NCBI GenBank assembly: GCA_965215195.1
Contig: CBDCDC010000002.1
Location: 832,001 to 896,000, forward strand
From: Candidatus Latescibacterota bacterium
GTDB taxonomy: Bacteria > Latescibacterota > UBA2968 > UBA8231
Direction of reading: 5' to 3'
Length of the DNA: 64,000 bases
Shown here: positions 38,963-48,612 of the stretch, one piece after another
How the letters are laid out: each line of letters opens with the position of its first letter
Numbering within the stretch: position 1 is the first letter of the stretch
Notes under the pieces: model-generated
What the model was told of the DNA's origin: nothing
The model's input: only the letters and a program-made list of their open reading frames with translations
Database searches by the model: none
Position numbers and translations under genes: made by a program

Positions 38963-40567
38963 TCAATCCTCCACCACGTGCAATCGCTGATTGGCAGCCA
39001 CATCCTCAAACACTTGCACCCCCCCGGCCGGCCAGTGAATTTCCAGCCGCTCGACGCGCTCGGCCGTTCCCAAGCCGAACACCGGGTCGCGCTGACTGGT
39101 CGAGAGAAAACCCGACCCTGCCTTCACCTCCCTGAGCTGCCGACGTCCGCCCGCCCATAGATACAGGCGGGCACCAATGCCGTCGCGATTGCTCTGCCGG
39201 CCCTGAAGCGCGACCGCGAGGTAGTTGCCCCCAGCACGGTCGTTGCGCAGCAGGGCGAAGCGGCGGCCGTTGTTGACGAGGGCAATGTCCAAGTCGCCAT
39301 CTTGGTCGATGTCCCCAAAGGAGGAGCCGCGCACCACGTACGCGGCTGCCAAACCCGGGCCGCTCTCGGCGGTCACTTCGCGGAAGACGCCCGCGCCTCC
39401 ATTGCGAAAGACCTGTGCCTGTTGCGCGTAGGTCACCAATTCGTCGTACGATTCAATGTTGTCGTGGACGTGGCCGTTGCCCACGAACAGGTCGAGGTGC
39501 CCGTCGTGGTCCGCGTCGAAGAACCCGGTGCCAAAACCAAGGTAGTTCAGGCTGAGGTCGCCGAGGCCGGCCTTGAAGCTGATCTCGGAGTAAAACGAGC
39601 CGTCGTTGCGATACAGTCCGTTGTTTTCCAACTGGTAGTTGGTGACGAACAGATCGAGGTCGCCGTCTTGGTCGATGTCGCCAGCATCGACGCCCATGCC
39701 CGCTTGGCTGGCCCCGTCTGCGCTCAGCGCGGTCCCGGCCAGCAAGCCGGTCTCGGCAAAGGTGCCGTCGACTTGGTTGACGTAGTGGAAATTGGGCGTC
39801 AAGTCATTGGCCACGTACAGGTCTGGGTCGCCATCGCCATCGAAGTCGCCAGCCACCGCGCCCAACCCATTGCCTTCGCGCACGATGCCCGCTTGGCGAC
39901 CAACCGCGGAAAAGACGCCGCGGCCCTCATTGCGGTAGAGGATATCCGCAGTCGAAGCAAAGACCCGCGGATCGCAGTAGAAGCGCAACCCCATGTCCTC
40001 GCGTCCGCACCAAGGCTGTTCACCCAAGGCAAAGCGGACGTATTGCGCGGCAAAGAGGTCGAGGTCGCCGTCGAGATCGTAGTCGAACGCAACCGCGCTA
40101 GTGGTCCATCCGGCGTGCCCGAGGCCGGCCGCGGCCGTCGCATCGACATAGCCGCTCCCTGCGCGTCGGTAGAACTGGTCCGGCCCCCACGCCGTCAGGT
40201 AGAGGTCTGGGCGGCCGTCGCCATCGTAGTCGGCCGCGGTCACCCCCATGCCATAGGAGGTGCCGGGTGCGCCGGCTGCGCCATGTACCCGAGCAAAGGC
40301 GCGGCCGTCGTTGCGAAAGAGCTGGTTAGCGGCTGGGCCCCGCCCCCGCTCCATGTCTCCGCTGTTGACCAAGTACAAGTCCCAATCTCCGTCATTGTCG
40401 TAGTCGAGAAAGGCACTGCCAGCCCCATTGGTCTCGGGCAGGTTCTTCTCGGCCGAGGCCCCGTTGTGGTGGACGAAGTCAATGCCCAATTCGCCGGCTA
40501 CCTCCACGAAGTGGGGCTGCCCATAGGTAGCTGCCGACAGTAGGAGCACGAGGAGCAGGGCACCCAC
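38963..40567 (-). CDS. CRTAC1/ASPIC-UnbV family protein (FG-GAP repeats)
   Basis: Repeated DYDNDGDWDLY, DFDGDGDPDLYVAND motifs; NRDGIGAR..FGLG..EIHWP C-terminal domain. Confidence 0.92.
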   Translation of the reverse strand: MGALLLVLLLSAATYGQPHFVEVAGELGIDFVHHNGASAEKNLPETNGAGSAFLDYDNDGDWDLYLVNSGDMERGRGPAANQLFRNDGRAFARVHGAAGAPGTSYGMGVTAADYDGDGRPDLYLTAWGPDQFYRRAGSGYVDATAAAGLGHAGWTTSAVAFDYDLDGDLDLFAAQYVRFALGEQPWCGREDMGLRFYCDPRVFASTADILYRNEGRGVFSAVGRQAGIVREGNGLGAVAGDFDGDGDPDLYVANDLTPNFHYVNQVDGTFAETGLLAGTALSADGASQAGMGVDAGDIDQDGDLDLFVTNYQLENNGLYRNDGSFYSEISFKAGLGDLSLNYLGFGTGFFDADHDGHLDLFVGNGHVHDNIESYDELVTYAQQAQVFRNGGAGVFREVTAESGPGLAAAYVVRGSSFGDIDQDGDLDIALVNNGRRFALLRNDRAGGNYLAVALQGRQSNRDGIGARLYLWAGGRRQLREVKAGSGFLSTSQRDPVFGLGTAERVERLEIHWPAGGVQVFEDVAANQRLHVVED

Positions 40568-40570
40568 TGC

Positions 40571-41431
40571 CTATCCCCTGAGCAGCGGCTCAATATGGTC
40601 TTTGGCCCGCAACAAGCCTTCCTGTTGCAGCTCGGGCGTCTGCCAGAAATAGTGGTCTTCGAGTTCCACCGAGAGCACGCCGTCGTAGCCCATGTCCTCG
40701 AGCCGGCGCACCACAAAGTTCCAATCCACCTCGCCCTCCCCGGGGATGGTATAGCGCCACCAGCCCTCGCCGCACACGTAGGTCGAGCCGTATGCTTCGC
40801 CCAAGTTGCCGGATTCGTAGAGCTTTTCCGGCATGATCTCGGTGTCCTTGAGATGGACGTGCCGCACGCGGTCGCCAAACTCGTGCAAGAGCCGCTGATA
40901 GTCTATCTGCAAGCGCACGAAGTGGGAGGGATCGTAGCAGATGCCCAGCCGCGGCGACGGGCACGCCGCAAAAATCAAGCGCAAGCTCTCGGGCGAGCAG
41001 CCCAAATTGGGGTAGTGGGGCCGACCGCCCGGCCAAGGTTCGATGGCGATGTTGACGCCCACCTCCTCGGCGTGGGCCACGACCCGGGGATAGACCTCGG
41101 CAAAGATCTCAAAGGTCTCGGCTTTGGACATGCTGGGGTCGTCTGGGCCGAGCACGGTAAAGAGCGTGTGGCCGCCGTGCCGAGCGATTGCGCTCAAGCT
41201 GTTCTCGATCTCGGCTAAGCCCTTGCGGCGCTTGGCCGCGTCGCGGGTGAGGACTTGGCCGCCGCCATCCGAAGAGCCGATAGCCAAGCCTAGCTGCTCG
41301 CAGGTGCGGGCAATCTGCCGGGTCAAAGGCGGGGTATCGACCGCGCCAAAACCGTGCTCGGCCAACCACGCGGCATAGGCGTCAAAGCCGATCTGCTGGG
41401 AAAATGGGGGCATGCGGGTGCCGATTTTCAT
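40571..41431 (-). CDS. Sugar phosphate isomerase/epimerase (xylose isomerase-like TIM barrel)
   Basis: IAIEPW, YDPSH, HVHLKD, PGEGEVDW, SVELED. Confidence 0.88.
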   Translation of the reverse strand: MKIGTRMPPFSQQIGFDAYAAWLAEHGFGAVDTPPLTRQIARTCEQLGLAIGSSDGGGQVLTRDAAKRRKGLAEIENSLSAIARHGGHTLFTVLGPDDPSMSKAETFEIFAEVYPRVVAHAEEVGVNIAIEPWPGGRPHYPNLGCSPESLRLIFAACPSPRLGICYDPSHFVRLQIDYQRLLHEFGDRVRHVHLKDTEIMPEKLYESGNLGEAYGSTYVCGEGWWRYTIPGEGEVDWNFVVRRLEDMGYDGVLSVELEDHYFWQTPELQQEGLLRAKDHIEPLLRG

Positions 41432-41457
41432 GGTGTGTTCCCTTCTCTTAGGTTGGA

Positions 41458-42612
41458 TTAAATGGGTATGCGGCCCTGCTTTGCTGGATCGACCCACTGG
41501 GTTACTACCAGCGAGACCAGGGCCAAGAGCGCACCGCTGATAAAAATGACCTCGTAGCCAAAAAAGAGCCAAGCATATCCGCCGACTAGGGGCGCGGCCA
41601 CGGCCGCTACGTGGTTCATGGTCACCCCCATGGAGAGGGTGGGTTTGAGTTCGTCCGGGGGCGCGATCTTGTGCGCGTAGGTAGTAAGCGCGATCCCGCC
41701 GAAGAAGATGAGGTTGTCGAGGCAATAGAGCGCGTACAGGCTCGGCCGGTGCTCCACGATTGCATAGCCCAAAAAGACGAAGACCAGCACGCTATAGCTC
41801 AAGCTGAGCATTCGCCGCTCGCCAAAGCGATCGACCAAACGGCCCATCCACGCAGCCGTCAAGGTGATGAGCACTTGGTTGATCAGCACTAAGATCATGG
41901 TCGTCTCCACCGGCATCCCATGCACTTTCACGAGGGCGAAAATGGCGAAGGTTATAAACATCTGCTTGCGCAGGCCCTGGAGGAAATTCAGGGCGTAGTA
42001 GAGCAGGTAGCGCCGCTTGAGCACCAAGCGCTTCTCGCCTGCGGGCGCGTCCTTAGTATCAACCCAAAACAGGGCCAAGCCGCCCGCGGCCGTACACACG
42101 CCGGCTAGGACAAAGACGCCCTCATAGCGCAAAAACTCCAACCCTACCATGCACGCGCCAATCGCCGCTAGCCACGCCAAGCTGCTGATGCTGCGCAATT
42201 GCCCCAGCCAGCGGCCCTTGTCCGCGGTAGGGCCGTAGGCCAAGCCCATGCTCTGCTCGAGCGGGAGCCAGCAGTGAAAGCCCAAGCTCCACACCAGCGA
42301 GAACGAGGCCAACATGAAGACCGAGGCCACCTCCGCGTACGCAGCCAGCCCAATGCCCATCACCACCAGCGAGACTGCGGCGATCTTCGGCGGAGCAAAG
42401 CGGACGATCAGCGCTAAAAAAAATGCGTTGAGAAAACCAGGGACTTCGCGCAGGGCCTCAACGTAGCCCAATTCGTGCGGCTCAATGCCCAGCCGCTCGA
42501 CGATGAAGTTGTTGAACAGGGTTAGCTGTACCCCGAAGAACACCCCCGTCCCGGCCACGGCCACGGCTAAGAGCGCGAAGTTTTTATTCCACTCGGCAAA
42601 AGGATTGGCGAT
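41458..42612 (-). CDS. MFS transporter
   Basis: Multiple TM segments, REVPGFL, GRLVDRFGER; start uncertain (GTG 42564 or ATC 42612). Confidence 0.85.
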   Translation of the reverse strand: MANPFAEWNKNFALLAVAVAGTGVFFGVQLTLFNNFIVERLGIEPHELGYVEALREVPGFLNAFFLALIVRFAPPKIAAVSLVVMGIGLAAYAEVASVFMLASFSLVWSLGFHCWLPLEQSMGLAYGPTADKGRWLGQLRSISSLAWLAAIGACMVGLEFLRYEGVFVLAGVCTAAGGLALFWVDTKDAPAGEKRLVLKRRYLLYYALNFLQGLRKQMFITFAIFALVKVHGMPVETTMILVLINQVLITLTAAWMGRLVDRFGERRMLSLSYSVLVFVFLGYAIVEHRPSLYALYCLDNLIFFGGIALTTYAHKIAPPDELKPTLSMGVTMNHVAAVAAPLVGGYAWLFFGYEVIFISGALLALVSLVVTQWVDPAKQGRIPI

Positions 42613-42682
42613 GACGGCCCCCTTATTGATGTAGTGAATTCAAGTGTGCTTTCCCCTTCCGGTCAACCGGACGCTCAGCCAC

Positions 42683-42711
42683 TTGACGCGCCGATGGACA
42701 GCCATTAAGCT
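42683..42711 (+). promoter_or_regulatory. Putative sigma70 promoter
   Basis: TTGACG, 17 nt, TAAGCT upstream of the creatininase-family gene. Confidence 0.5.
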
Positions 42712-42743
42712 ACCGGCCCCAACTAACGCAAAGGAGTGTTGCG

Positions 42744-43487
42744 ATGGCCGACGAACGCGTCTTTATTGGCGACCTGACCCGCAGAGAATTCCGCGAGCGC
42801 ATCCAAGCCGGCACGATCAAAGCCGCCATCGTGCCCACGGCCGCCACCGAACAGCACAACGAACACCTGCACATGATCCACGACACCTTCCACGCCAGCT
42901 ATATGGCCGAGCACGCGGCCAAAAAGCTCCTGCCCCAAGTGGTGGTAGCCACGCCGGTGGGCATCGGCGTTTCCGAGCACTGGATGGAGCACGTCGGCAC
43001 CCTGACCGTGCGGCCGGAAATTTTCTGCGAATACGTCTTCGACGTCTGCCATTCGCTCGTGCGCGCCGGCCTTGCGAACATCTTGGTGCTCAACGGCCAC
43101 GGCGGCAACGTCAAACCCATGATGCGCCGCATTGACGAATACCGGGAAAAACTCGGCGTCAATCTCCGCTTCCAGTCCTATTGGGACGTATATGACCCCG
43201 ACTACGTGCAGCAACACATGGAGCGGGGACGCCTGCCTGGGCACGCCGACGAATTCGAGACCTCGACCATGCTCTACCTAGCGCCAGAGCGCGTACAGAC
43301 CGAGGCCATCGACAACCCGGCCGCGGCCTTGGGCACACGCGCCAAGGGCGAGGCCCTAGTGGGGCCGGCCGTGGACGGGGTCGCCGCCCTGTTGGAGCAA
43401 ATGATCGCCGGCGAGGAGATCGACCTGCCGCCGGTGACCTTCTACCGAGAGGGCAAGCGCAACCTCGTCACCGGCGAGCCGGTTTGA
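42744..43487 (+). CDS. Creatininase family amidohydrolase
   Basis: TEQHNEHL..D, GVSEHW, NGHGGN, HADEFETS; AAGGAG RBS. Confidence 0.9.
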   Translation: MADERVFIGDLTRREFRERIQAGTIKAAIVPTAATEQHNEHLHMIHDTFHASYMAEHAAKKLLPQVVVATPVGIGVSEHWMEHVGTLTVRPEIFCEYVFDVCHSLVRAGLANILVLNGHGGNVKPMMRRIDEYREKLGVNLRFQSYWDVYDPDYVQQHMERGRLPGHADEFETSTMLYLAPERVQTEAIDNPAAALGTRAKGEALVGPAVDGVAALLEQMIAGEEIDLPPVTFYREGKRNLVTGEPV

Positions 43488-44502
43488 GCACGACTCCGAG
43501 GGCTTCGGCCGGCGACTCCACGAGCACATCTACGGCCGCGGCGATTTCCTCGAGCGCAAACTCGTGGGTATAGAGCGGTTGGACGCGCAGTTTCCCGGCC
43601 GCCATGGCGCGCAGGCACTCGGACAGGTTGCGCTGAGTCGGCCACTCCACGAAGACCTCGGGATACGCTTGGCCGCGCTCGTACGCTGGGTCGTGGTAGC
43701 CGGGGCCAGTGCGCGCCGCACTCCGCACATCCACGTTGCCCAGCGCGGCCCCAAAGCCGTGCGCTACCTGCGCTCCTCCCACGAGGACAATGCGCCCCAT
43801 GCGGTGCGTATCCGGCGCTTGCTTTAGGCTCTGATAGATGGCGGCAAACGCATCGCTGGCCGCGCCGCCAAAAGCAATGACGCCGAAATCCATGCCATAT
43901 CCTCGGGTGAACTCCCCGGCCTGCTCAACCTGCTCAACCACGCGCTCTATGCCCACCTGCCGGGCGATGTCCCGACGGCGCGCAAAGCGATCGACCCCCA
44001 AGACGTGGCAGCCGCTTAGCTGGGCGAATTGGGCCGTGAACTGGCCGACCAAGCCCAACCCGACGACGACCCCGTTTTCCCCGTACAAAGGGGCTGTGCG
44101 GCGCACCGCGTGTAATCCGGTCGCCGCCAGATGCACCGACGCGGCCTCGGCAAAGCTAACGCCTGTGGGTATGGCCGCGCACAAGTTCTGCGGCACGCAG
44201 GCCCAATCGGCGTGCAGGGCGTACCCGCCTCCCATGCAGGCCACGCCCTGCCCCACCGCGAATTGCTCTACCTCGGCCCCGACCGCCTCGACGATGCCGG
44301 CGTTGGCGTAGCCAAAGGGGCGCGGTGGCCTGTCGGGTTGGGGGTTTTCCCGCATGGCCCCTACCCGCCCCAACTCGCTCCCCGGGCTGATCAACGAAGC
44401 CTCCACCCGCACCTGTACCTCGCCGGGGCCGAGGGCGGGCATGGCTTCCTCTAGGCATACCCCCTGACCACTGCCGTCAATAGCGGCAACTTTCCGCTGC
44501 AT
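43468..44502 (-). CDS. Zinc-binding alcohol dehydrogenase (MDR) family protein
   Basis: SLISPGSE, FGYANAG, VVGLGLVGQ; AAGGAGG RBS. Confidence 0.85.
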   Translation of the reverse strand: MQRKVAAIDGSGQGVCLEEAMPALGPGEVQVRVEASLISPGSELGRVGAMRENPQPDRPPRPFGYANAGIVEAVGAEVEQFAVGQGVACMGGGYALHADWACVPQNLCAAIPTGVSFAEAASVHLAATGLHAVRRTAPLYGENGVVVGLGLVGQFTAQFAQLSGCHVLGVDRFARRRDIARQVGIERVVEQVEQAGEFTRGYGMDFGVIAFGGAASDAFAAIYQSLKQAPDTHRMGRIVLVGGAQVAHGFGAALGNVDVRSAARTGPGYHDPAYERGQAYPEVFVEWPTQRNLSECLRAMAAGKLRVQPLYTHEFALEEIAAAVDVLVESPAEALGVVLKPARR

Positions 44503-44582
44503 AAGCACCTCCTTTTCGTGCTGGTTGCGCCTCGGTAGGCTGCTGTATTACTTATATATGTACTTATATTTATTCATTCTTT

Positions 44583-45377
44583 GTGTCTATCGCGCCATTC
44601 GAGGTCTTTGTGAACGTCATCATCGCTGCAATTTTAGGGGGCATCCTCTTGGTTTGGGGCGGGTTTTTGGGCCTGCTCCGCATCGCGGACCCCTTCGAGC
44701 GCAAGCACGTGCTGATCCTCGCCGCGTACACCACCCTCGTCGTCGGCTGTGTCATGGGCTTGGTGCTCTTTATCAATCACGAGCGGCAAAAGGAGCACCG
44801 CTCCGAGCTAGAGGCGCAAATGGACGAGTTCTCCAATCGCCTCTCCGAGCTGAGCACCCGGCTCATTGGCCAGCTAGAGGAAAAAGCCAATCTGACCGCC
44901 TCTGAATTCGAGATTCGCTCCCTCCTGCAAAGCGAAAAGGATCACCACACGCGCACCCGCAACCAACTAGCGACCCAAATCGATCACAACAACGCCCTGC
45001 AAAACAAAATGGACGCCGAGCGCAAGGCACGGCTGCGCTATCAATCCGACACCGACCGCAAGCTCGAAGAACGCTTCGAGCAGGAGGACTTGCGCTACCA
45101 AAGCCTCGCCGATACCCACGAGCGCTCCTTGGCGAGCGTACAGGCGCAGTTCGCTCCCCTGCTCAACAAGTTGGCCCGCCTGCAAGAGCAAACCAATACC
45201 TTGCAGCGCAATCAGCAGGCGATTATAGACAGGCTCGCCGCCGCCCGCGAGACCCAAACGCTCTCGGCCCAAAAACTCAACGCGCTCGCCCGCAGCCTAA
45301 GCACCCTGTCCAACGACTTGAACCAAACCATGGCCCAAGTCGATAGTCTATACCGCAAAACGTCCCCACCGCCTTAA
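44583..45377 (+). CDS. Membrane protein: two N-terminal TM helices plus long coiled coil
   Basis: Two hydrophobic segments followed by about 190 aa rich in E/Q/L/R. Confidence 0.75.
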   Translation: MSIAPFEVFVNVIIAAILGGILLVWGGFLGLLRIADPFERKHVLILAAYTTLVVGCVMGLVLFINHERQKEHRSELEAQMDEFSNRLSELSTRLIGQLEEKANLTASEFEIRSLLQSEKDHHTRTRNQLATQIDHNNALQNKMDAERKARLRYQSDTDRKLEERFEQEDLRYQSLADTHERSLASVQAQFAPLLNKLARLQEQTNTLQRNQQAIIDRLAAARETQTLSAQKLNALARSLSTLSNDLNQTMAQVDSLYRKTSPPP

Positions 45378-45387
45378 GGAGCCGCCA

Positions 45388-46212
45388 ATGAAACGCACCT
45401 TCATCCCTTTCATCGCCTTGTTTCTTGTCTCCTGCACCGATAAGGAGCAGGAGATGCTCCTCCTCCAATTGCAAAGCGACATAGGCCGAGCCAACGCCGC
45501 CATTGACTCGCTGACGTACTCGCTCGACGACTCCAACCGCTTGCTCGACGACATGCGAGCGCAAGTTGACAGCACCCAACAGGTCAACGACACGCTCCTC
45601 GAAAACGTGCAGAAGCTCAACAAGGAACTGCGGCACTGGAGTAAACTGGCCACCGAATACAAGCAGAGCAATGCGCGCTTAAAGCGCGAAGTTGAGCAGC
45701 TAAGAAAGGAAAAGCAAGCGGACCGCTACACCATTTCCCAGCTACGCGCCGAGGCCGACCGCCTCAATGGCGAGCTGCTCGAAACTCATAGCAGCATCCG
45801 CCGCCAGAGCGATCACATCCGCCGCTTAGAGCAGGAGTTGGCCCAGACCAAGGCCGAACTGGACGAGAAAAAGAAACAAGTCGCCGCGCAAAACGCAGTG
45901 TACCTCTACGCTGCCAATGAGACCCAGCTCATAGAGCAGGGCTATCTCAAAACTCGCCGCCCCTTTGGCAGCGGGTTCCGCAAGCAGTACGAGTTGATTA
46001 AAAAAATTCGCCGCGACAGCCCGGGTGCCCAAGTCGCGCCCATCGGCCAAACCATCGCGCTAACAGGCGAAGTCGAGGCTCTCGTCGATCACTACGGCAA
46101 GCTCAGGAAGGGGGATGACTACGAAATGAAGCGCGGCGAAGCCGGAGTGCAGGTCACGTTCCTCAACGAGTTGGCCGGTGGCACGGGCGTCTTGGCAATC
46201 CTCAAGGAATAG
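45388..46212 (+). CDS. Coiled-coil lipoprotein
   Basis: MKRTFIPFIALFLVSC lipobox; heptad-rich middle; beta-rich C-terminus; AAGGAG RBS. Confidence 0.78.
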   Translation: MKRTFIPFIALFLVSCTDKEQEMLLLQLQSDIGRANAAIDSLTYSLDDSNRLLDDMRAQVDSTQQVNDTLLENVQKLNKELRHWSKLATEYKQSNARLKREVEQLRKEKQADRYTISQLRAEADRLNGELLETHSSIRRQSDHIRRLEQELAQTKAELDEKKKQVAAQNAVYLYAANETQLIEQGYLKTRRPFGSGFRKQYELIKKIRRDSPGAQVAPIGQTIALTGEVEALVDHYGKLRKGDDYEMKRGEAGVQVTFLNELAGGTGVLAILKE

Positions 46213-46220
46213 CTTAGCCC

Positions 46221-46640
46221 TCACCAAGTGTGGACATAGACGGCCGAGCGCACCTTCTCCCCGGCTTGGTCGGTCGACAGCAGGGAGTCGGCAAACGACG
46301 CGTGTTTGGCCAGCCGCTCGCGGCTGCCCCCTTTGAGAAATAAGTGCAAGTTGGCTTCGGGTTCGGCCGCGAGGCGGCGCACCATCCGGCGGAACTCCCA
46401 CTCGCTCAAGGGGCTGTCGATGGTGTAGCCATCGCGCGACAGCCCCACGCTCGCGCTCGTGTACAGCACGACCCGATCCCCAGGCTGTGGGTCGTGGCGA
46501 TGCACCCGCCAGACGGGTTGCGTCGCGTTGAGAATCATAATGCCCAAGCTCAACATCAGCATCATAATGCCCAAGAAGAGTTCCTTGCTGATATCGTGCT
46601 CTTCGAGCTCGGCGGCTTGGCGCTTGAGATAGCGGCTCAC
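46221..46640 (-). CDS. ExbD/TolR-like single-TM protein (divergent)
   Basis: Short N-terminus, one TM (ELFLGIMMLMLSLGIMIL), small soluble domain; GTGA overlap with the MotA/ExbB-like gene. Confidence 0.5.
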   Translation of the reverse strand: MSRYLKRQAAELEEHDISKELFLGIMMLMLSLGIMILNATQPVWRVHRHDPQPGDRVVLYTSASVGLSRDGYTIDSPLSEWEFRRMVRRLAAEPEANLHLFLKGGSRERLAKHASFADSLLSTDQAGEKVRSAVYVHTW

Positions 46641-47413
46641 AATTTTCTATTCCTCTCTCGGACCCAAGCGTCCTCCTGCCGGGCGAGCCGCTGCACCAAA
46701 TAGTCGGCAGCCTTGCGCAGCGGCAAGTAGGCCAACAGGCCGACGAGCGTGGTCTTAAAGGCCAACACCAAGCCCTCGGCCATGGCGCTGAGCGCCTTAA
46801 AGGTCTGGGTGGCCTCGTCGATCTGACTCAATTCCTCGGCGGTCAGCAGGATGCCGCAGACCGTGCCCAAGTAGCCGTACAGGGGAATCCTCGCCAAGTC
46901 GCGGCGCACATGCGTCAAAGGATCGCCGAGAAAGCCCACGAGTTCATCTACCAGCTCCTCGTCCCGGCTCTTGCGGTCGCTGTAGTTGGCGGGTTGGTGC
47001 TGCAATTCCGCTAGCTGTTCCATTCTCCTCCGGCCCAAGGTGTTGGGGCCAGGACCTCCTCGCCTCTCCCAAGCCCGTTCCTCGCGCCGAAGGTGCAAAC
47101 TAATGTGTGCCAAGCTCAACAGATGGCCGCCAGCCGACCAAGTGATCAGCACGTATGAGAAGCGGCCAATCCACGCAAAGGCACTGGCTGGCTGCGGGTT
47201 GATGAAGAAGTAATAAGCGGCTAGCGCCCCGACGATCAACCCGGTCAGCACACCTATACTGCTGGCGAGGTACTGCAGGCGGGGCAAGTTCAGATAGTAT
47301 GCTGCGTCGTACCGGCGCATGCGCCGGGCTCGCCGCAAGTGCAAACAGCTAACGCTGACACCGCCAGCCAGCACCAACAGGATGCTGCTGCCTAGTATTA
47401 ACTCGTCGTTCAA
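46637..47413 (-). CDS. MotA/TolQ/ExbB proton channel family protein
   Basis: IPLYGYLGTVCGI..GLVLAFKTTLVGL signature; TTG start 47413 assumed. Confidence 0.82.
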   Translation of the reverse strand: MNDELILGSSILLVLAGGVSVSCLHLRRARRMRRYDAAYYLNLPRLQYLASSIGVLTGLIVGALAAYYFFINPQPASAFAWIGRFSYVLITWSAGGHLLSLAHISLHLRREERAWERRGGPGPNTLGRRRMEQLAELQHQPANYSDRKSRDEELVDELVGFLGDPLTHVRRDLARIPLYGYLGTVCGILLTAEELSQIDEATQTFKALSAMAEGLVLAFKTTLVGLLAYLPLRKAADYLVQRLARQEDAWVRERNRKL

Positions 47414-47418
47414 GAGGT

Positions 47419-48612
47419 CTATCCCTTCGCCCTGAAGAGCTTCCACCACTGCCGACTTACCGCACCCAAATAGAGCAGCAGGCCGGTCGCAATCCCCCAC
47501 AGTTCCCACGGCGCACTGCGGCCGACGCGGACGCTGCGGGCGGACAATTCCCGTCCACCCGCTCCCGTAGCGCGGCCCTCGCCTTTGGCTGAGCCGCGTG
47601 CAGCCGGGGGCGCGTAATCTCGGCGGCGATCTGCTTCCCCACGCCCTGTGCCGGCCAAAGCGCGCTGCGGCACGACGTGGCTCGTGCCTTTGAGCGCTTG
47701 CTTTTTAGGAAAGATCAGCGCCCGTTCCGGAGCGGGCAGGGCCTCGGTCCAAGCGAGCAGTTTTTTCGCCGCGTCTATGCTTTCGACTTCGGCCAATTTG
47801 CCCGCTTTCCCGAGGGAAAAGGCCAGCCGCCCGCGGACAAACCCCTGATAGAGCACGTCCTGCGCCGGGGTGCGGCGCGCTTGGAGCTTTTGCGCCAATT
47901 CATCGCGTTGCTTTTGCAGATGCACCAGACGGCTGACGACCATGTGAGTCTCCATGGGTTGGTGCTTTGCTACGCCGGCCGCGCCGGCGAGCGGCCGCCG
48001 CCGCCCAGCACGAGCCAATTGCGCGGCGTCAAAGCGGGCCTCCAATTCGACCTCGCCAAACAGCGTCGTCCCCCAGATGACTTCGGCTCCGGGAATGTCG
48101 GGCAAGCTGTGGTTGTAAAAACGCGGCTCGGCCGGTTGGCCGGCCACCCTCCAGCGGCCATCGCCGGTCGCCAGCACCTTGCGCAAGCGGCCGCGGCCGT
48201 CTTGTAGGTACAAACCAGCCATAAAGCCGCTCTCGACCCGGTCCGTGTCCCAGCAATGGGCGCGCAGGACATTGGACTTGCGCAGGTACACGACGGGAAT
48301 TTCGACTTTAGTCGGGGTCAAGCGCGTCTCCCCGATCGGGTGCCCATTGAGGTACAGCTCGGCTTCGTCGTCGGCCCAGAAAATCAGCACTAGTTTGGAA
48401 TTGGCCGGCAATAGCCGGCTGTTTCCCTTGCGCTTTGCCACTTCGCGCAGCTTGTCCCCCCCATAGAGGCGGACTAAAGTGTCGATGCTGGCGGACACTT
48501 GGTTGTACTGTTGCCTGAGTGCCACCACGTCGTCGGCTGCGGCAGCCGTGCCCCAACCGACCCCGCACACCGCCCAAGCCAACCAACGCATCCATCGCGC
48601 AGAGCCGCTCAT
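47419..48612 (-). CDS. Exported hypothetical protein with lectin-like domain and C-terminal TM anchor
   Basis: Signal peptide; WADDEAELYLNG beta-sandwich motif; C-terminal WELWGIATGLLLYLG..WWK. Confidence 0.7.
   Translation of the reverse strand: MSGSARWMRWLAWAVCGVGWGTAAAADDVVALRQQYNQVSASIDTLVRLYGGDKLREVAKRKGNSRLLPANSKLVLIFWADDEAELYLNGHPIGETRLTPTKVEIPVVYLRKSNVLRAHCWDTDRVESGFMAGLYLQDGRGRLRKVLATGDGRWRVAGQPAEPRFYNHSLPDIPGAEVIWGTTLFGEVELEARFDAAQLARAGRRRPLAGAAGVAKHQPMETHMVVSRLVHLQKQRDELAQKLQARRTPAQDVLYQGFVRGRLAFSLGKAGKLAEVESIDAAKKLLAWTEALPAPERALIFPKKQALKGTSHVVPQRALAGTGRGEADRRRDYAPPAARGSAKGEGRATGAGGRELSARSVRVGRSAPWELWGIATGLLLYLGAVSRQWWKLFRAKG

Noticed and set aside
39302-40543. Long antisense ORFs (also 5579-6511, 23552-24568, 35964-36809)
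   Set aside because: Shadow frames of well-supported GC-rich genes, with no motifs
46221-47413. Zorya ZorAB
   Set aside because: No long ZorA tail, no OmpA-like domain in the partner, no zorC/D/E
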